A DNA stretch of 64,000 nucleotides, taken from positions 124,001 through 188,000 of the IMG/VR virus record IMGVR_UViG_3300032296_003307. One strand, given 5' to 3'. Positions 28,070-37,344 of this stretch are shown here, piece by piece; within the stretch, counting starts at the first letter, position 1; each line of letters opens with the position of its first letter. The translations under genes were made by a program, and so were the position numbers. The notes under the pieces are model-generated. The model saw only the letters and a list, made by a program, of their open reading frames with translations. It was not told where the DNA came from and ran no database searches.

Positions 28070-28717
28070 ATGAGATTGGACGAACAATTAAATAGAATAA
28101 CAGAAATGATGGAGGACGATAATACCCCATACGCAGTTATTGAAATAACCAAGCCATTATCTTATATGAGTCAAGATTATTATTATCAAGAAGTCCCATA
28201 TTGGAAAACAAAAAAAGATAAGATATACATTAAAAAAGGTCCATCAGGATACAAAACAATATCAACAGACAATATAAAGGTCCTAAAGGTTTTTAAAGAC
28301 GGAGACACTGAAGAATTACAGGATTATTTAAAATCACTCAGAAAGAAAAATAAGTTAAACGAAGTTAATGATGATTGGGGTACAGAAGTCGATGATAAAC
28401 GAAGAAAATCGTACATTAAGATTATTGATAAGTTTATGAAATTAAAATATCCTGGTTTTAATAAAGAGAATGTTGGTGTTTATGAAAATAATGTTGGCAA
28501 TGTTTTATATACCAAATGGTTTGAAGATAAAGGAAGAGCGTTTCTTGAGGATGATAAAAAATTTTATGCTAGATTAGATATGATTAGCCGTGAATTGATA
28601 TTAGAAAGAACAATTTTTGAAGATTTAGAAAAATACTTTGGTGATTTTGTTATGACGTTCGTTATTGATTGGTTTAATCAAGAATTCGGTGAAAATGCCG
28701 AAGGACTAACATTTTAG
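28070..28717 (+). CDS. Leader-bearing two-module protein
   Basis: MRLDEQLNRITEMME; internal KLNE junction. Confidence 0.75.
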   Translation: MRLDEQLNRITEMMEDDNTPYAVIEITKPLSYMSQDYYYQEVPYWKTKKDKIYIKKGPSGYKTISTDNIKVLKVFKDGDTEELQDYLKSLRKKNKLNEVNDDWGTEVDDKRRKSYIKIIDKFMKLKYPGFNKENVGVYENNVGNVLYTKWFEDKGRAFLEDDKKFYARLDMISRELILERTIFEDLEKYFGDFVMTFVIDWFNQEFGENAEGLTF

Positions 28718-28723
28718 AACAAT

Positions 28724-29191
28724 ATGAAATTAATAGAGTCCATAAAAGAAATATTAAAAGAGGAATCTGAACTGAAGACCAAAGTTGAAAATATGGTTAA
28801 AAGCAGAGGAATTGAATTCGCATCAAAAATGCTTGGAGATTTAGATAACGTCATTAAAATTTTGGGTTTAGACATTAATAATGTTGATGTCCAAGAAGAA
28901 CTTGTTAAGAATTTCATTATGTTTTCAAAAGATGTGGACCCTGATATAGATGTTAGTTTTATTAAGGTTTCAAGAATATCAAGAGGAACGGTAATTGCAC
29001 CATTTATTGTTAACGCAAGAGAATATGCTCTTTTTTCAAACGCCGCTAGTCTTTTTGACAGAACAGTTTGTGAACTTATGAATGATTTTTTTCCTTTTAA
29101 AACAGAACCTATATGGGAATTTGATAGAAATAAAAGTAACGATACCAAAATATTTATTAATTCAGTAGAACTAAACGAAGACGATGACTAA
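28724..29191 (+). CDS. Leader-bearing hypothetical protein
   Basis: MKLIESIKEILKEE. Confidence 0.75.
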   Translation: MKLIESIKEILKEESELKTKVENMVKSRGIEFASKMLGDLDNVIKILGLDINNVDVQEELVKNFIMFSKDVDPDIDVSFIKVSRISRGTVIAPFIVNAREYALFSNAASLFDRTVCELMNDFFPFKTEPIWEFDRNKSNDTKIFINSVELNEDDD

Positions 29192-29209
29192 GACCAATAA
29201 AAATTTAAA

Positions 29210-29497
29210 ATGAAAATAATAATAACTGAGTCACAATTAAAATATTTTATTAGACGAAGAGCTAAGTGCATCGAAAATTGGATTGAGAGATTAGAGAATG
29301 GCGATATTATTATGCCATTACTACCAGCCACGTTAAATTGGTCTTCATATAAAATTATATTAATTGCATACGCCCTGACCCATTGTGGTACAAATGTTAC
29401 CAAATATGATGAAGAAAAATTTAATTCGGTTGAAGAAGAATTTGGTGACAGATTATTTAATTGGTACGTAAACGAAAAAAATAGAACAACAAAATAG
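29210..29497 (+). CDS. Leader-bearing small helical protein (IRRR..C family)
   Basis: MKIIITESQLKYFIRRRAKC. Confidence 0.75.
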   Translation: MKIIITESQLKYFIRRRAKCIENWIERLENGDIIMPLLPATLNWSSYKIILIAYALTHCGTNVTKYDEEKFNSVEEEFGDRLFNWYVNEKNRTTK

Positions 29498-29547
29498 TTT
29501 TTTATTTTGGTAATTTTTAATATATTTGCATAATAAATTTAATTATT

Positions 29548-29787
29548 ATGTCAAAACCAATATTTGTCGTTAGATTCCCATATTCAGAAGAAAAAAGAGA
29601 TGTTTATTTGAATTTTGTTAAGCGAATATCCAATCAATTAACCGACTATCACGTTTTAGCTCCTATGGATAACAGTGTCGAGCGTGTTGAATTCGAATGT
29701 TTTAATGTGAAAGATGTGCCCGAAACGGAAATTAATGAAATCAAAGACATGATTTCCAATATGTTGGAAGAAACAAAAAACAAATAA
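29548..29787 (+). CDS. Hypothetical protein
   Basis: 79 aa; TATATTTG box at 29521. Confidence 0.7.
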   Translation: MSKPIFVVRFPYSEEKRDVYLNFVKRISNQLTDYHVLAPMDNSVERVEFECFNVKDVPETEINEIKDMISNMLEETKNK

Positions 29788-29788
29788 T

Positions 29789-29965
29789 ATGTTTTCTATT
29801 TGGTTAAAGGGTACAATTGTGTTTATTTTTGGACTTTGTGTTCATGACACAATAAAAACACGAAAGGAAATTCGAAAAGGTAACGTTCAATGGGTTGCGT
29901 GGAAAGGAAAATATGATTCTGTTTATTTAAAAAAACAAGAACAGTTAAAAACCTCACAAAAGTGA
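29789..29965 (+). CDS. Small membrane protein (58 aa, not in ORF track)
   Basis: MFSIWLKGTIVFIFGLCVHD... read from the sequence. Confidence 0.5.
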   Translation: MFSIWLKGTIVFIFGLCVHDTIKTRKEIRKGNVQWVAWKGKYDSVYLKKQEQLKTSQK

Positions 29966-29996
29966 GGTTTTTTTTTACCGTATATTTATATTGTGT

Positions 29997-30977
29997 ATGA
30001 GAATTATTGATGAATATAAAAAAAGGTTCTTTATATTGTTAGAGTCTGAAATGGGTGATGTAAAACCCATTACCAATGACACTGAAGAATCCGACGCCGA
30101 ATCTGTTGTATCAAAAATTGAGGGTGGTGATTTTGAATCTTTGAATAATATGCCGGTTGACATGGACTTAGCAAAAGAAGTCCTACAAATTCTTTCAACA
30201 GAGGACCCGCAACTTAAAGAAAAACTTAAAAATTACATTCAAAGTCAAACCTCAGAACTATCTGAGGGTATAAATAAAAGGTCACTTTTATATGCTCTTG
30301 GATTTTTATTGTTTAGTTCTGGAGTTGCCGTTGGATACAATATAAAAGGAGATTCATCAAACAAAGAAACGGTAAAAACAGAAGTTAAACCTGAAGGTTC
30401 TGTTTCATTTGAAAACGCCCAAAAAATTGTTAAAATTAAAGAGGGTGGTTATCAAAAAAATCGTACTGATGCGGGTAACTATATAAAAACAAAAAGAGGT
30501 AAAAAATTAATTGGAACCAAATATGGTATTGCCGCACCAACATTACAAAATTGGTTCAGAAAAACTGGTAAAATTTCTAAAAAAGAAACAATAACTAGTG
30601 AAGATATGAAAAATTTGGACTACCAAACCGCAACAGAAATTTTTAAAAATGAGTATTGGGATAAAAATAATTTGGATGTTTTAAACAATCAGTCTTTTGC
30701 AAACTTAATATATGATGGAGTTGTTATTCATGGACCAAATGGAATGGCGGAGGCATTAAATCAGGCTTTGGAAAATCAAGGTCTTGAATCTCCGAGCGGA
30801 TTCTCTAATAAATTTAACGTTATAAATGATTTGGATACGGAAGAGCAAGAAAAACTATTCAATCAGATAAAAAAAGAACGAAACGATATATTATTATCAC
30901 AAAGTAGAGCAGAAAGAAGAGAGTTTGGTGATGGTTGGGATAATAGATTAAACTCTTTTGTGTATTCACCAAATTAA
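29997..30977 (+). CDS. Glycoside hydrolase family 108 lysozyme with leader and hydrophobic segment
   Basis: EGGYQKNRTDAGN...GTKYGI catalytic motif; C-terminal FGDGWDNRL resembling PG_binding_3. Confidence 0.8.
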   Translation: MRIIDEYKKRFFILLESEMGDVKPITNDTEESDAESVVSKIEGGDFESLNNMPVDMDLAKEVLQILSTEDPQLKEKLKNYIQSQTSELSEGINKRSLLYALGFLLFSSGVAVGYNIKGDSSNKETVKTEVKPEGSVSFENAQKIVKIKEGGYQKNRTDAGNYIKTKRGKKLIGTKYGIAAPTLQNWFRKTGKISKKETITSEDMKNLDYQTATEIFKNEYWDKNNLDVLNNQSFANLIYDGVVIHGPNGMAEALNQALENQGLESPSGFSNKFNVINDLDTEEQEKLFNQIKKERNDILLSQSRAERREFGDGWDNRLNSFVYSPN

Positions 30978-31002
30978 ATTTTGATAATAAAAAAATTATT
31001 AT

Positions 31003-31010
31003 TACCTTTG
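31003..31010 (+). promoter_or_regulatory. Bacteroidota-type -7 promoter (TAnnTTTG) with TTG 19 nt upstream (representative)
   Basis: Also at 4013, 12657, 29521, 50016, 51994 and 52623 on +, and upstream of 15767, 50975 and 62484 on -. Confidence 0.8.
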
Positions 31011-31014
31011 TGAC

Positions 31015-31401
31015 ATGGGTTCAGTTATTAGTTATGTAGATTGTCCTAATTGCGGACAAGAGTGTTATGATGATTATTATTATAAGACAAATGAAAGTTA
31101 CGTAAATTGTGGTAATTGTGGATATCATCATTCAGTAACATTATCGGATGTTGAAAAAAATTGGGAGGATATTACTCAGGACGATTATATCATCACTGAA
31201 ATAAAAAACCCTTATGGTTCTTACAAATACAAATATATTGGTGATGTTGCAACCATTTTTGGTAGTTTGGAAAACGAAGAACAGGCTGAAGAATTTAAAA
31301 AAGAGATGATTTCCGAACAAGAAACTATAGAATTTGCTCAAATAAGTAGATATGTTAATGGCGAATTTTCAATAATATCATTAGTTGAATCTACAAAATG
31401 A
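31015..31401 (+). CDS. Zn-ribbon protein
   Basis: CPNCG...CGNCGY; TTG-N19-TACCTTTG promoter. Confidence 0.7.
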   Translation: MGSVISYVDCPNCGQECYDDYYYKTNESYVNCGNCGYHHSVTLSDVEKNWEDITQDDYIITEIKNPYGSYKYKYIGDVATIFGSLENEEQAEEFKKEMISEQETIEFAQISRYVNGEFSIISLVESTK

Positions 31402-31664
31402 GTACCGAAGGTGAATTAAAATTCAGAAGAAGAGTTGAGACGGTTTTTTCCGATATGGTAGATACTTTTTTTGCCGATGGAGAACCGTGTAAATTAAGTC
31501 CTGAAATGTTTACAAGAAAATTAGTGTTTATGGTATTACACGAATATAATCACCATTACCCAGATAATAATTACGATTTTTTTGAATTTAAGGATATGTT
31601 AATGGAGTATTTAGAACCAAAAGCAATTGCGGTTTGGAACAAATACTGTAAGAACAAAAGGTAA
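31398..31664 (+). CDS. Small helical protein (FRRR..PC family)
   Basis: LKFRRR...EPC. Confidence 0.7.
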   Translation: MSTEGELKFRRRVETVFSDMVDTFFADGEPCKLSPEMFTRKLVFMVLHEYNHHYPDNNYDFFEFKDMLMEYLEPKAIAVWNKYCKNKR

Positions 31665-31685
31665 TCAACATACTATTTATAGTTT

Positions 31686-31940
31686 ATGGGAAAAACTATA
31701 AGATTAACAGAGTCTAAATTGGTTGAGTTAATTGAATCTATAATAAAAGAAGACTATTACGATTCAAACAAATTATATAACCGTGAATATATTGTTTTTA
31801 AATTAAAAAACGGACCTAGAGAATTAAGAAAATATATTAAAACTTTACCTGAAATTGAATGTAGAGATAGTCAGGGTAATAAGGCGATATGTACTAAAAT
31901 ACCACAAGTTATTCATGTTTTTTTAACAGGTAACTATTAA
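31686..31940 (+). CDS. Leader-bearing hypothetical protein
   Basis: MGKTIRLTESKLVELIESIIKED. Confidence 0.8.
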   Translation: MGKTIRLTESKLVELIESIIKEDYYDSNKLYNREYIVFKLKNGPRELRKYIKTLPEIECRDSQGNKAICTKIPQVIHVFLTGNY

Positions 31941-31952
31941 CAAAGTTTTATT

Positions 31953-32402
31953 ATGGAATATTCACCACAACAAAAAGATGCGGTTTTTAAATATTGGAAC
32001 AAATTGGGTCCTAATGTTAATGCTGGAAAATATTTTGGTTTGGACGAAAGTACCACAATAGAACTATTACATGAATTTTGGAATTCTGACGGTAAAAATT
32101 TAATGGTTGAATTGATAACGTTTGTAAGAAAAGCGGTTTCAGACTTCAAAGAATGTAATGGTGATGAATTCTCTTTAACCTTTGATTATGTGGTACCATA
32201 TGGTGCCGGTAATTATTATGAAGTTGGTTTTAGATTAAATCTGAATTCACCTGTTTTAGATACTCAAGATTGGGATGATTGGGAAGACCTAAGAACCTTA
32301 TATGGTCAAATAGAAACCTGTGTTGAAGACATGTTAACCCCTCTTACATGGAAAAAACACGGTTTAATCTGTGGTCAGGCAAACATGTTAGAATTTATTT
32401 AA
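31953..32402 (+). CDS. Hypothetical protein
   Basis: 149-aa ORF in the operon. Confidence 0.7.
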   Translation: MEYSPQQKDAVFKYWNKLGPNVNAGKYFGLDESTTIELLHEFWNSDGKNLMVELITFVRKAVSDFKECNGDEFSLTFDYVVPYGAGNYYEVGFRLNLNSPVLDTQDWDDWEDLRTLYGQIETCVEDMLTPLTWKKHGLICGQANMLEFI

Positions 32403-32403
32403 T

Positions 32404-32682
32404 CTACTTACCCATCCCACTCAAAATAACTTCGTAATAATTTTGGTTTGAACAATAAGCATATGCCTGTTCGGACACTTTATTATACATAAAATCTTCC
32501 AAAGTAACCTCGTCACAGTTTGGTCTACCGTTCTTTATTACATATTCTATAACTGAAGTGTGTAGGTCATCTTTGATTCCACTCTCCACAGACTCATCTT
32601 CTAAATTATTTAGGTCCATTTCATTCAAAAGTCCCATTCTTTTCTTTATCTTTGTAATCTCTTCAAAAACATTGTTTCTCAT
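32404..32682 (-). CDS. Leader-bearing hypothetical protein
   Basis: MRNNVFEEITKIKKRMGLLNE. Confidence 0.75.
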   Translation of the reverse strand: MRNNVFEEITKIKKRMGLLNEMDLNNLEDESVESGIKDDLHTSVIEYVIKNGRPNCDEVTLEDFMYNKVSEQAYAYCSNQNYYEVILSGMGK

Positions 32683-32722
32683 AAGATATAAATATCAAAA
32701 TAAAACTATTTATCAATAAATC

Positions 32723-33550
32723 ATGGAAGACCCAATTAAATATCAAACAATACGTGAATCAATCAACTTGAATGATTACGACGCAGAAGATTTTGTTGAA
32801 GTGTTCATTTATGTTTTTAGAGATTGGGTTAAAAAAAATGTACCACAAAAAGAATCTGAATACCCAATATCGTACCTATTCAAAAAATATAAGGACAAAT
32901 TTTGTGAAGATATGGGTATTGAAAAGTATATTACATACAGCCAAAGAGCTTTTCAAACTTTGGGTAGACGATTGGTTGAAAAATCATTATACAAACTTCC
33001 TGATTTTACCCCACAAGAAAAATGGACTTCAAAACCTGTAAATCAAAAAATATTAAATTCTTTGATTGGTAAAATGAATTTACCACCTTACATTACTCTT
33101 AAAATTGATGAAGAAAAAAACTACAATGTTACGATATTACCGACCATAGATTTGTCTGAAAGTCTTAAATCACCCATTAAAAACGAATTTTGGGGTCAAT
33201 CAATACCAACAAAACTAATGGGATTGATTAAAAAATATGGTGCGGTAAAATTAGGTAAATCAACACTAGGTGAATTGGACTTAGAAATATATACACCATC
33301 AATTAACGACAAGGGTTGGGATAAGGAATTTAAAAAATTAAGAAAGGAAACTATAGAACATATTGAATCATTAAAAACCGAATACAGAGGTAAAATTAGA
33401 CAGTTCTTTTTTGGTTTCGAATGGGGTAGACCATGTGTTTATTTGAGATTTAATACTTGGAGATTTCACACCGAAATTATTAGAGAAGTTGAGGGATTTT
33501 TACAAAAAAAGGGTTACAATACCGAAAACTTAATAGTTAGGGAAAAATAA
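32723..33550 (+). CDS. Hypothetical protein
   Basis: 275 aa; TATTTAT upstream. Confidence 0.75.
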   Translation: MEDPIKYQTIRESINLNDYDAEDFVEVFIYVFRDWVKKNVPQKESEYPISYLFKKYKDKFCEDMGIEKYITYSQRAFQTLGRRLVEKSLYKLPDFTPQEKWTSKPVNQKILNSLIGKMNLPPYITLKIDEEKNYNVTILPTIDLSESLKSPIKNEFWGQSIPTKLMGLIKKYGAVKLGKSTLGELDLEIYTPSINDKGWDKEFKKLRKETIEHIESLKTEYRGKIRQFFFGFEWGRPCVYLRFNTWRFHTEIIREVEGFLQKKGYNTENLIVREK

Positions 33551-33577
33551 TAGATTTACTTGGTATATTTATAACAT

Positions 33578-34423
33578 ATGTCAAGGACAATCATTTTATC
33601 ACAAAAAAATTTATCATCTATTGTCAGTAGATTAATGTCTGAACAATTAAATGAGATTAAAAAAGACGTTAACCAAAAACTTTGGAACGTTTATAGAATT
33701 CCGTCAAATATAGGCGCCAATGGGTACACAATATCCTCTAATTTTGATGAGACAAATGTTCTTAATTCTATCATAGCATTTTCTAAAAATAAGTGGAAAG
33801 AAGGAAATACCGTTGTTTCTACTGAAGATGAAGATGGTTCAGGGTACCTATTCAAATATATAATATACCTAATCAATAAAACCGTTAAAGACAATCCAAG
33901 AATTGCTAGTACAAAAATGAGATTCACTCAAGAAATTGCTAATAATTTTGGACCTGTTGAAAAAGTAAATGATGAACCTCTTACAAAAGCCGACGCCGAA
34001 ATGTTAAAAAGGAATGAGGCTAAAAGAGATATAAATTCATTCAAAAGAAAAGGTGCTGCAATATTTAGGGAATTTGAAAAGGCGGGTATCGACAAAAAGT
34101 CTTTATCAAAACTAACAAAAAACTTCCAAGAAACAATTTTTGATTTGTTTAAGTGGGATGAGTTACAATATTATGCAGAAGACGATGGGTTATTGTTATA
34201 CCACAAAGGAGCGTTTGAAAAACTTATGGACACAAATCTTCCCGATTCATTAAAGGCGGATTTAGAGTCAGTAGAAAATAATCCCGAAAACGCCATAGAC
34301 CCAGAGACAGGTAAAAAGTTCCCTTATAAATTAAAAATGATTCCAAAGGACTCTAAAATTTATAGAACCATTACCGGTATTTCAGGTTTTGCTCCCAAAA
34401 AAATTATTAAACAAAAGTTTTGA
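33578..34423 (+). CDS. Leader-bearing hypothetical protein
   Basis: MSRTIILSQKNLSSIVSRLMSEQ. Confidence 0.75.
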   Translation: MSRTIILSQKNLSSIVSRLMSEQLNEIKKDVNQKLWNVYRIPSNIGANGYTISSNFDETNVLNSIIAFSKNKWKEGNTVVSTEDEDGSGYLFKYIIYLINKTVKDNPRIASTKMRFTQEIANNFGPVEKVNDEPLTKADAEMLKRNEAKRDINSFKRKGAAIFREFEKAGIDKKSLSKLTKNFQETIFDLFKWDELQYYAEDDGLLLYHKGAFEKLMDTNLPDSLKADLESVENNPENAIDPETGKKFPYKLKMIPKDSKIYRTITGISGFAPKKIIKQKF

Positions 34424-34465
34424 TTTTGGGTCTAATTACATTATTTTTGAATAAAATTAAAAATC

Positions 34466-34606
34466 ATGTTGGGGTCCTTAATTACAATATTTTTATTTAT
34501 TCTGATTTACAGTTATGTAAGTTGGACACTTCCTTTACAAAATTTTAAAAACAAGAGTTTTTCAGAAAAAAAAGAAGTCGTTAAAAAACTAAAAGATATG
34601 GATTAA
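34466..34606 (+). CDS. Small single-TM protein (46 aa, not in ORF track)
   Basis: MLGSLITIFLFILIYSYVSW... read from the sequence. Confidence 0.5.
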   Translation: MLGSLITIFLFILIYSYVSWTLPLQNFKNKSFSEKKEVVKKLKDMD

Positions 34607-34639
34607 AATTTAATCTATAACTTAGGTATTTATAGATAT

Positions 34640-35206
34640 ATGAAGATTATAATCAAAGAATCTCAATTACCACTTTTATTAGAAAACCTTCAATTTGAAG
34701 AGGTGTATAAAAAAACATACCCGAAGATTTTTAATGCGGTATGTATGAGATATGCTAAAGGTGATTATGATTTGGCGTCAGAATATTGTCAATTAGGGTT
34801 TATTCAAGTTTATAAAAATTTAGATAAGTACGATAATTTAGGTAGTTTAGAAGGTTGGGTTAGAAGAGTTGTTACAAATATTATAATTAACGAATTGAGG
34901 TCACAAAAAAGAAAATTGGACACTGTTCCTGATTTTGAAGTGGATTTAGAAAAATTAGACCTTTCGCAAGAACCAGAAAGTTTTGAAGAAATTTCTTACA
35001 TGGGTAAATACCCCGAAAGTTTAATTAGAGCGGCGGTTAATTCTTTACCTGACGGATACAAATATGTTTTCTACAATTATTATTTTGGTGATAAAAGTCA
35101 TAAAGAAATTGCGGATGATTTGGGTATTAAAGAAATTACGTCACGCACCCAATTACACAAAGCCAAAAATTTAATTAAAAACTACTTGGAAAAACATTCA
35201 AAATGA
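34640..35206 (+). CDS. ECF-type sigma-70 factor with N-terminal leader
   Basis: Region 2: FEEVY...A.E..QLGFIQVYKNLDKY...LEGWVRRVVTN..IN.LR. Region 4: LPDGY..VF...SHKEIA..LGI...TSRTQLHKAK. Confidence 0.9.
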   Translation: MKIIIKESQLPLLLENLQFEEVYKKTYPKIFNAVCMRYAKGDYDLASEYCQLGFIQVYKNLDKYDNLGSLEGWVRRVVTNIIINELRSQKRKLDTVPDFEVDLEKLDLSQEPESFEEISYMGKYPESLIRAAVNSLPDGYKYVFYNYYFGDKSHKEIADDLGIKEITSRTQLHKAKNLIKNYLEKHSK

Positions 35207-35298
35207 ACAAAATAATAATATTCATATTGTCTTTAATACCTGGTAGAATTATATGGTTATTTATCCCAAAGGATAAAAACGACAGTTGGTTAATGTAA
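35203..35298 (+). CDS. 31-aa hydrophobic peptide coupled to the sigma gene
   Basis: ATGA overlap; MNKIIIFILSLIPGRIIWLFIPKDKNDSWLM. Confidence 0.4.
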   Translation: MNKIIIFILSLIPGRIIWLFIPKDKNDSWLM

Positions 35299-36276
35299 TT
35301 ACAAACCAAACCTTCCTTTTTGGGCTTTGTAGTTTTGAAGTACTTCAACAGAAGAGAGAGCTCGGTTATAAATTAAACCTATAGCTATATTACCATTTAA
35401 CAATTGACTAGAACCTCCAAAAAACCCTCCACAACCTAATTGTGCCTCTACATTATTATTTAAAAATTTTGTAGTTGTTGTTAAAACTGCTGAACCGTTT
35501 AAATAAACTATAGTATTATTTGAAGGAGTACCTGTGTTTGTGGTAAAAGTCATAGCTACATTTTTCCAAGTTCCGTCGGCAATATTAATTCCTGTACTTC
35601 TAGTTCCCCCACCACCCCAATCATAAGTAACTAATACACTATTTTCTGTAAACAATGCGTAGTTATTCTGTTTTGTTATAATTCCCCTAAAGCTAGAACC
35701 AGGAGACGATGTTTTGACCCATGCTGATATTGTTCCTTGATTTATTTGTAAACTAGAATTATTACCGCAACTAACATAATCATCGGCACCATCAAATACA
35801 ATTGAACCACCATTAGATGAGTTAAATGTTGGTCCATTCACTAATCCCCCATTATTGTTATTTCCGCTCAAATCATACCAAGCGGTTGCAGTGGTTGGAT
35901 ATGACGGAGTAAAACCGGCGTCCAAATTTAGAACCAAACCATTCGTTACTATTCCTTCATATTCTCTGTTTACACAAAACTTATCTGTTTGAGTTACATA
36001 ATAAGTTAAACATTGTGCCGATGTAGTATATGAAGTTCCTGCAATCTTATTTGTAATTGAAACCAATTCACTTTGATTGGATGCCCTATAAATCGCGGGT
36101 CCGTTTGACTCCTTATTTAAATATATTGTAAACCCTCCAGATACAGGGTTATATGATGTGTAATATCCTGTGGTTGAAGTTGGTCCTTTACCATCATTTA
36201 TTGGACCCAACCAAAAATTACCAATTTTAAGTGCGTTCGTTTGAGCGTTGGTACTGTATTTTATATAATTTGCCAT
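35299..36276 (-). CDS. LamG/concanavalin-A-like virion surface protein
   Basis: GLVLNLDAG..SYP...WYDLSGNNNNG.L.NG...FDGADDYV...TISAWVK...W.NVAMT...YLNG...YNRALS; start reassigned after TATTTATA. Confidence 0.85.
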   Translation of the reverse strand: MANYIKYSTNAQTNALKIGNFWLGPINDGKGPTSTTGYYTSYNPVSGGFTIYLNKESNGPAIYRASNQSELVSITNKIAGTSYTTSAQCLTYYVTQTDKFCVNREYEGIVTNGLVLNLDAGFTPSYPTTATAWYDLSGNNNNGGLVNGPTFNSSNGGSIVFDGADDYVSCGNNSSLQINQGTISAWVKTSSPGSSFRGIITKQNNYALFTENSVLVTYDWGGGGTRSTGINIADGTWKNVAMTFTTNTGTPSNNTIVYLNGSAVLTTTTKFLNNNVEAQLGCGGFFGGSSQLLNGNIAIGLIYNRALSSVEVLQNYKAQKGRFGL

Positions 36277-36328
36277 TTGATTATAAATAGTAGTGTGGTA
36301 ATTTACATGTAATGTATATTTATAAACA

Positions 36329-36730
36329 ATGAAGATAATATTATCAGAAACCCAACTTTCAAAACTTATTAAGTTATTAAAGGAGGAAATTGACCTTCCA
36401 GAATCTCCTGCAAGAAGGGTGTATAATATCCTTATGGAAAAAGGATATTTAAATGAAAATTCAGAAGTAAATGTTGGAACAGACACATTAGAAATTTATT
36501 CTTTACCGTATCCCGCACCTGAAGAATACTTTACCGATTATGACGGATATCTTATAATAGTTGTACCTTATCTTTTTGAAGACGAAGGTGGAACTGAAAT
36601 ACAATTTGAAGATGAAAATACTAAAGAATCTAGTCAAGCACGTTTTGAAGTTAAGGACTATATTGCTTCTACATGGGACTTGGATTTTCCAATTGATTTT
36701 GACGATGATTATCTATCTTTTTCTATTTAA
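36329..36730 (+). CDS. Leader-bearing acidic protein
   Basis: MKIILSETQLSKLIKLLKEE. Confidence 0.75.
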   Translation: MKIILSETQLSKLIKLLKEEIDLPESPARRVYNILMEKGYLNENSEVNVGTDTLEIYSLPYPAPEEYFTDYDGYLIIVVPYLFEDEGGTEIQFEDENTKESSQARFEVKDYIASTWDLDFPIDFDDDYLSFSI

Positions 36731-36795
36731 AATTTTCTTCTAAAATAATATCATTAGAACAATTTTTTTATTGTTTTTCCTATATTTATCAGGGT

Positions 36796-37344
36796 ATGAA
36801 ACCCTTTATAATAACCGAAGAAGAAAAAAACAAAATTTTACATCAACACATCGAAGCCACAAGTAGGCAATACCTACCTGAATCAAAGCATGAAACCGAA
36901 GAAATCTATACAATGAGGGATAAAAAAACTCCCTCAACAGGATATAGTGATATGGACATGAAAGACTTTGATGAGTTTGAACATGATTTGGGTTTCGACG
37001 CACCATCAATAGTAGATATTAAAAGGTTAAAAAAACTTGACAAAAGTGCCGTTAAAAACATGTTCAAGAAAAGACCAAAATTCACAGGTAGTGAGGTTGA
37101 ATTGGACGAGGAAATGGATAGTTATTCCATTCCACAAATGAAACGAGACCTAATAGATGCCACTGGCATATCCCAAGAAGAATTGGACTTAATATTAGCC
37201 GGTGATGAAGATGCTTTAGAAGAGGCGAAAGTAACTTATGGTTATACAGACGAAGGTAGAGTTAGATTTGGTATTTTGGACAAGTTGGACGCTTTGTTTG
37301 ATGCTTACAACCCACCAAGTTATATTGAAGACGACGATTATTAA
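36796..37344 (+). CDS. Leader-bearing acidic protein
   Basis: MKPFIITEEEKNKILHQH. Confidence 0.75.
   Translation: MKPFIITEEEKNKILHQHIEATSRQYLPESKHETEEIYTMRDKKTPSTGYSDMDMKDFDEFEHDLGFDAPSIVDIKRLKKLDKSAVKNMFKKRPKFTGSEVELDEEMDSYSIPQMKRDLIDATGISQEELDLILAGDEDALEEAKVTYGYTDEGRVRFGILDKLDALFDAYNPPSYIEDDDY

Noticed and set aside
36277-36486. Upstream extension of the LamG ORF
   Set aside because: It overlaps the divergent 36329 gene; the TATTTATA box supports a start at 36276.
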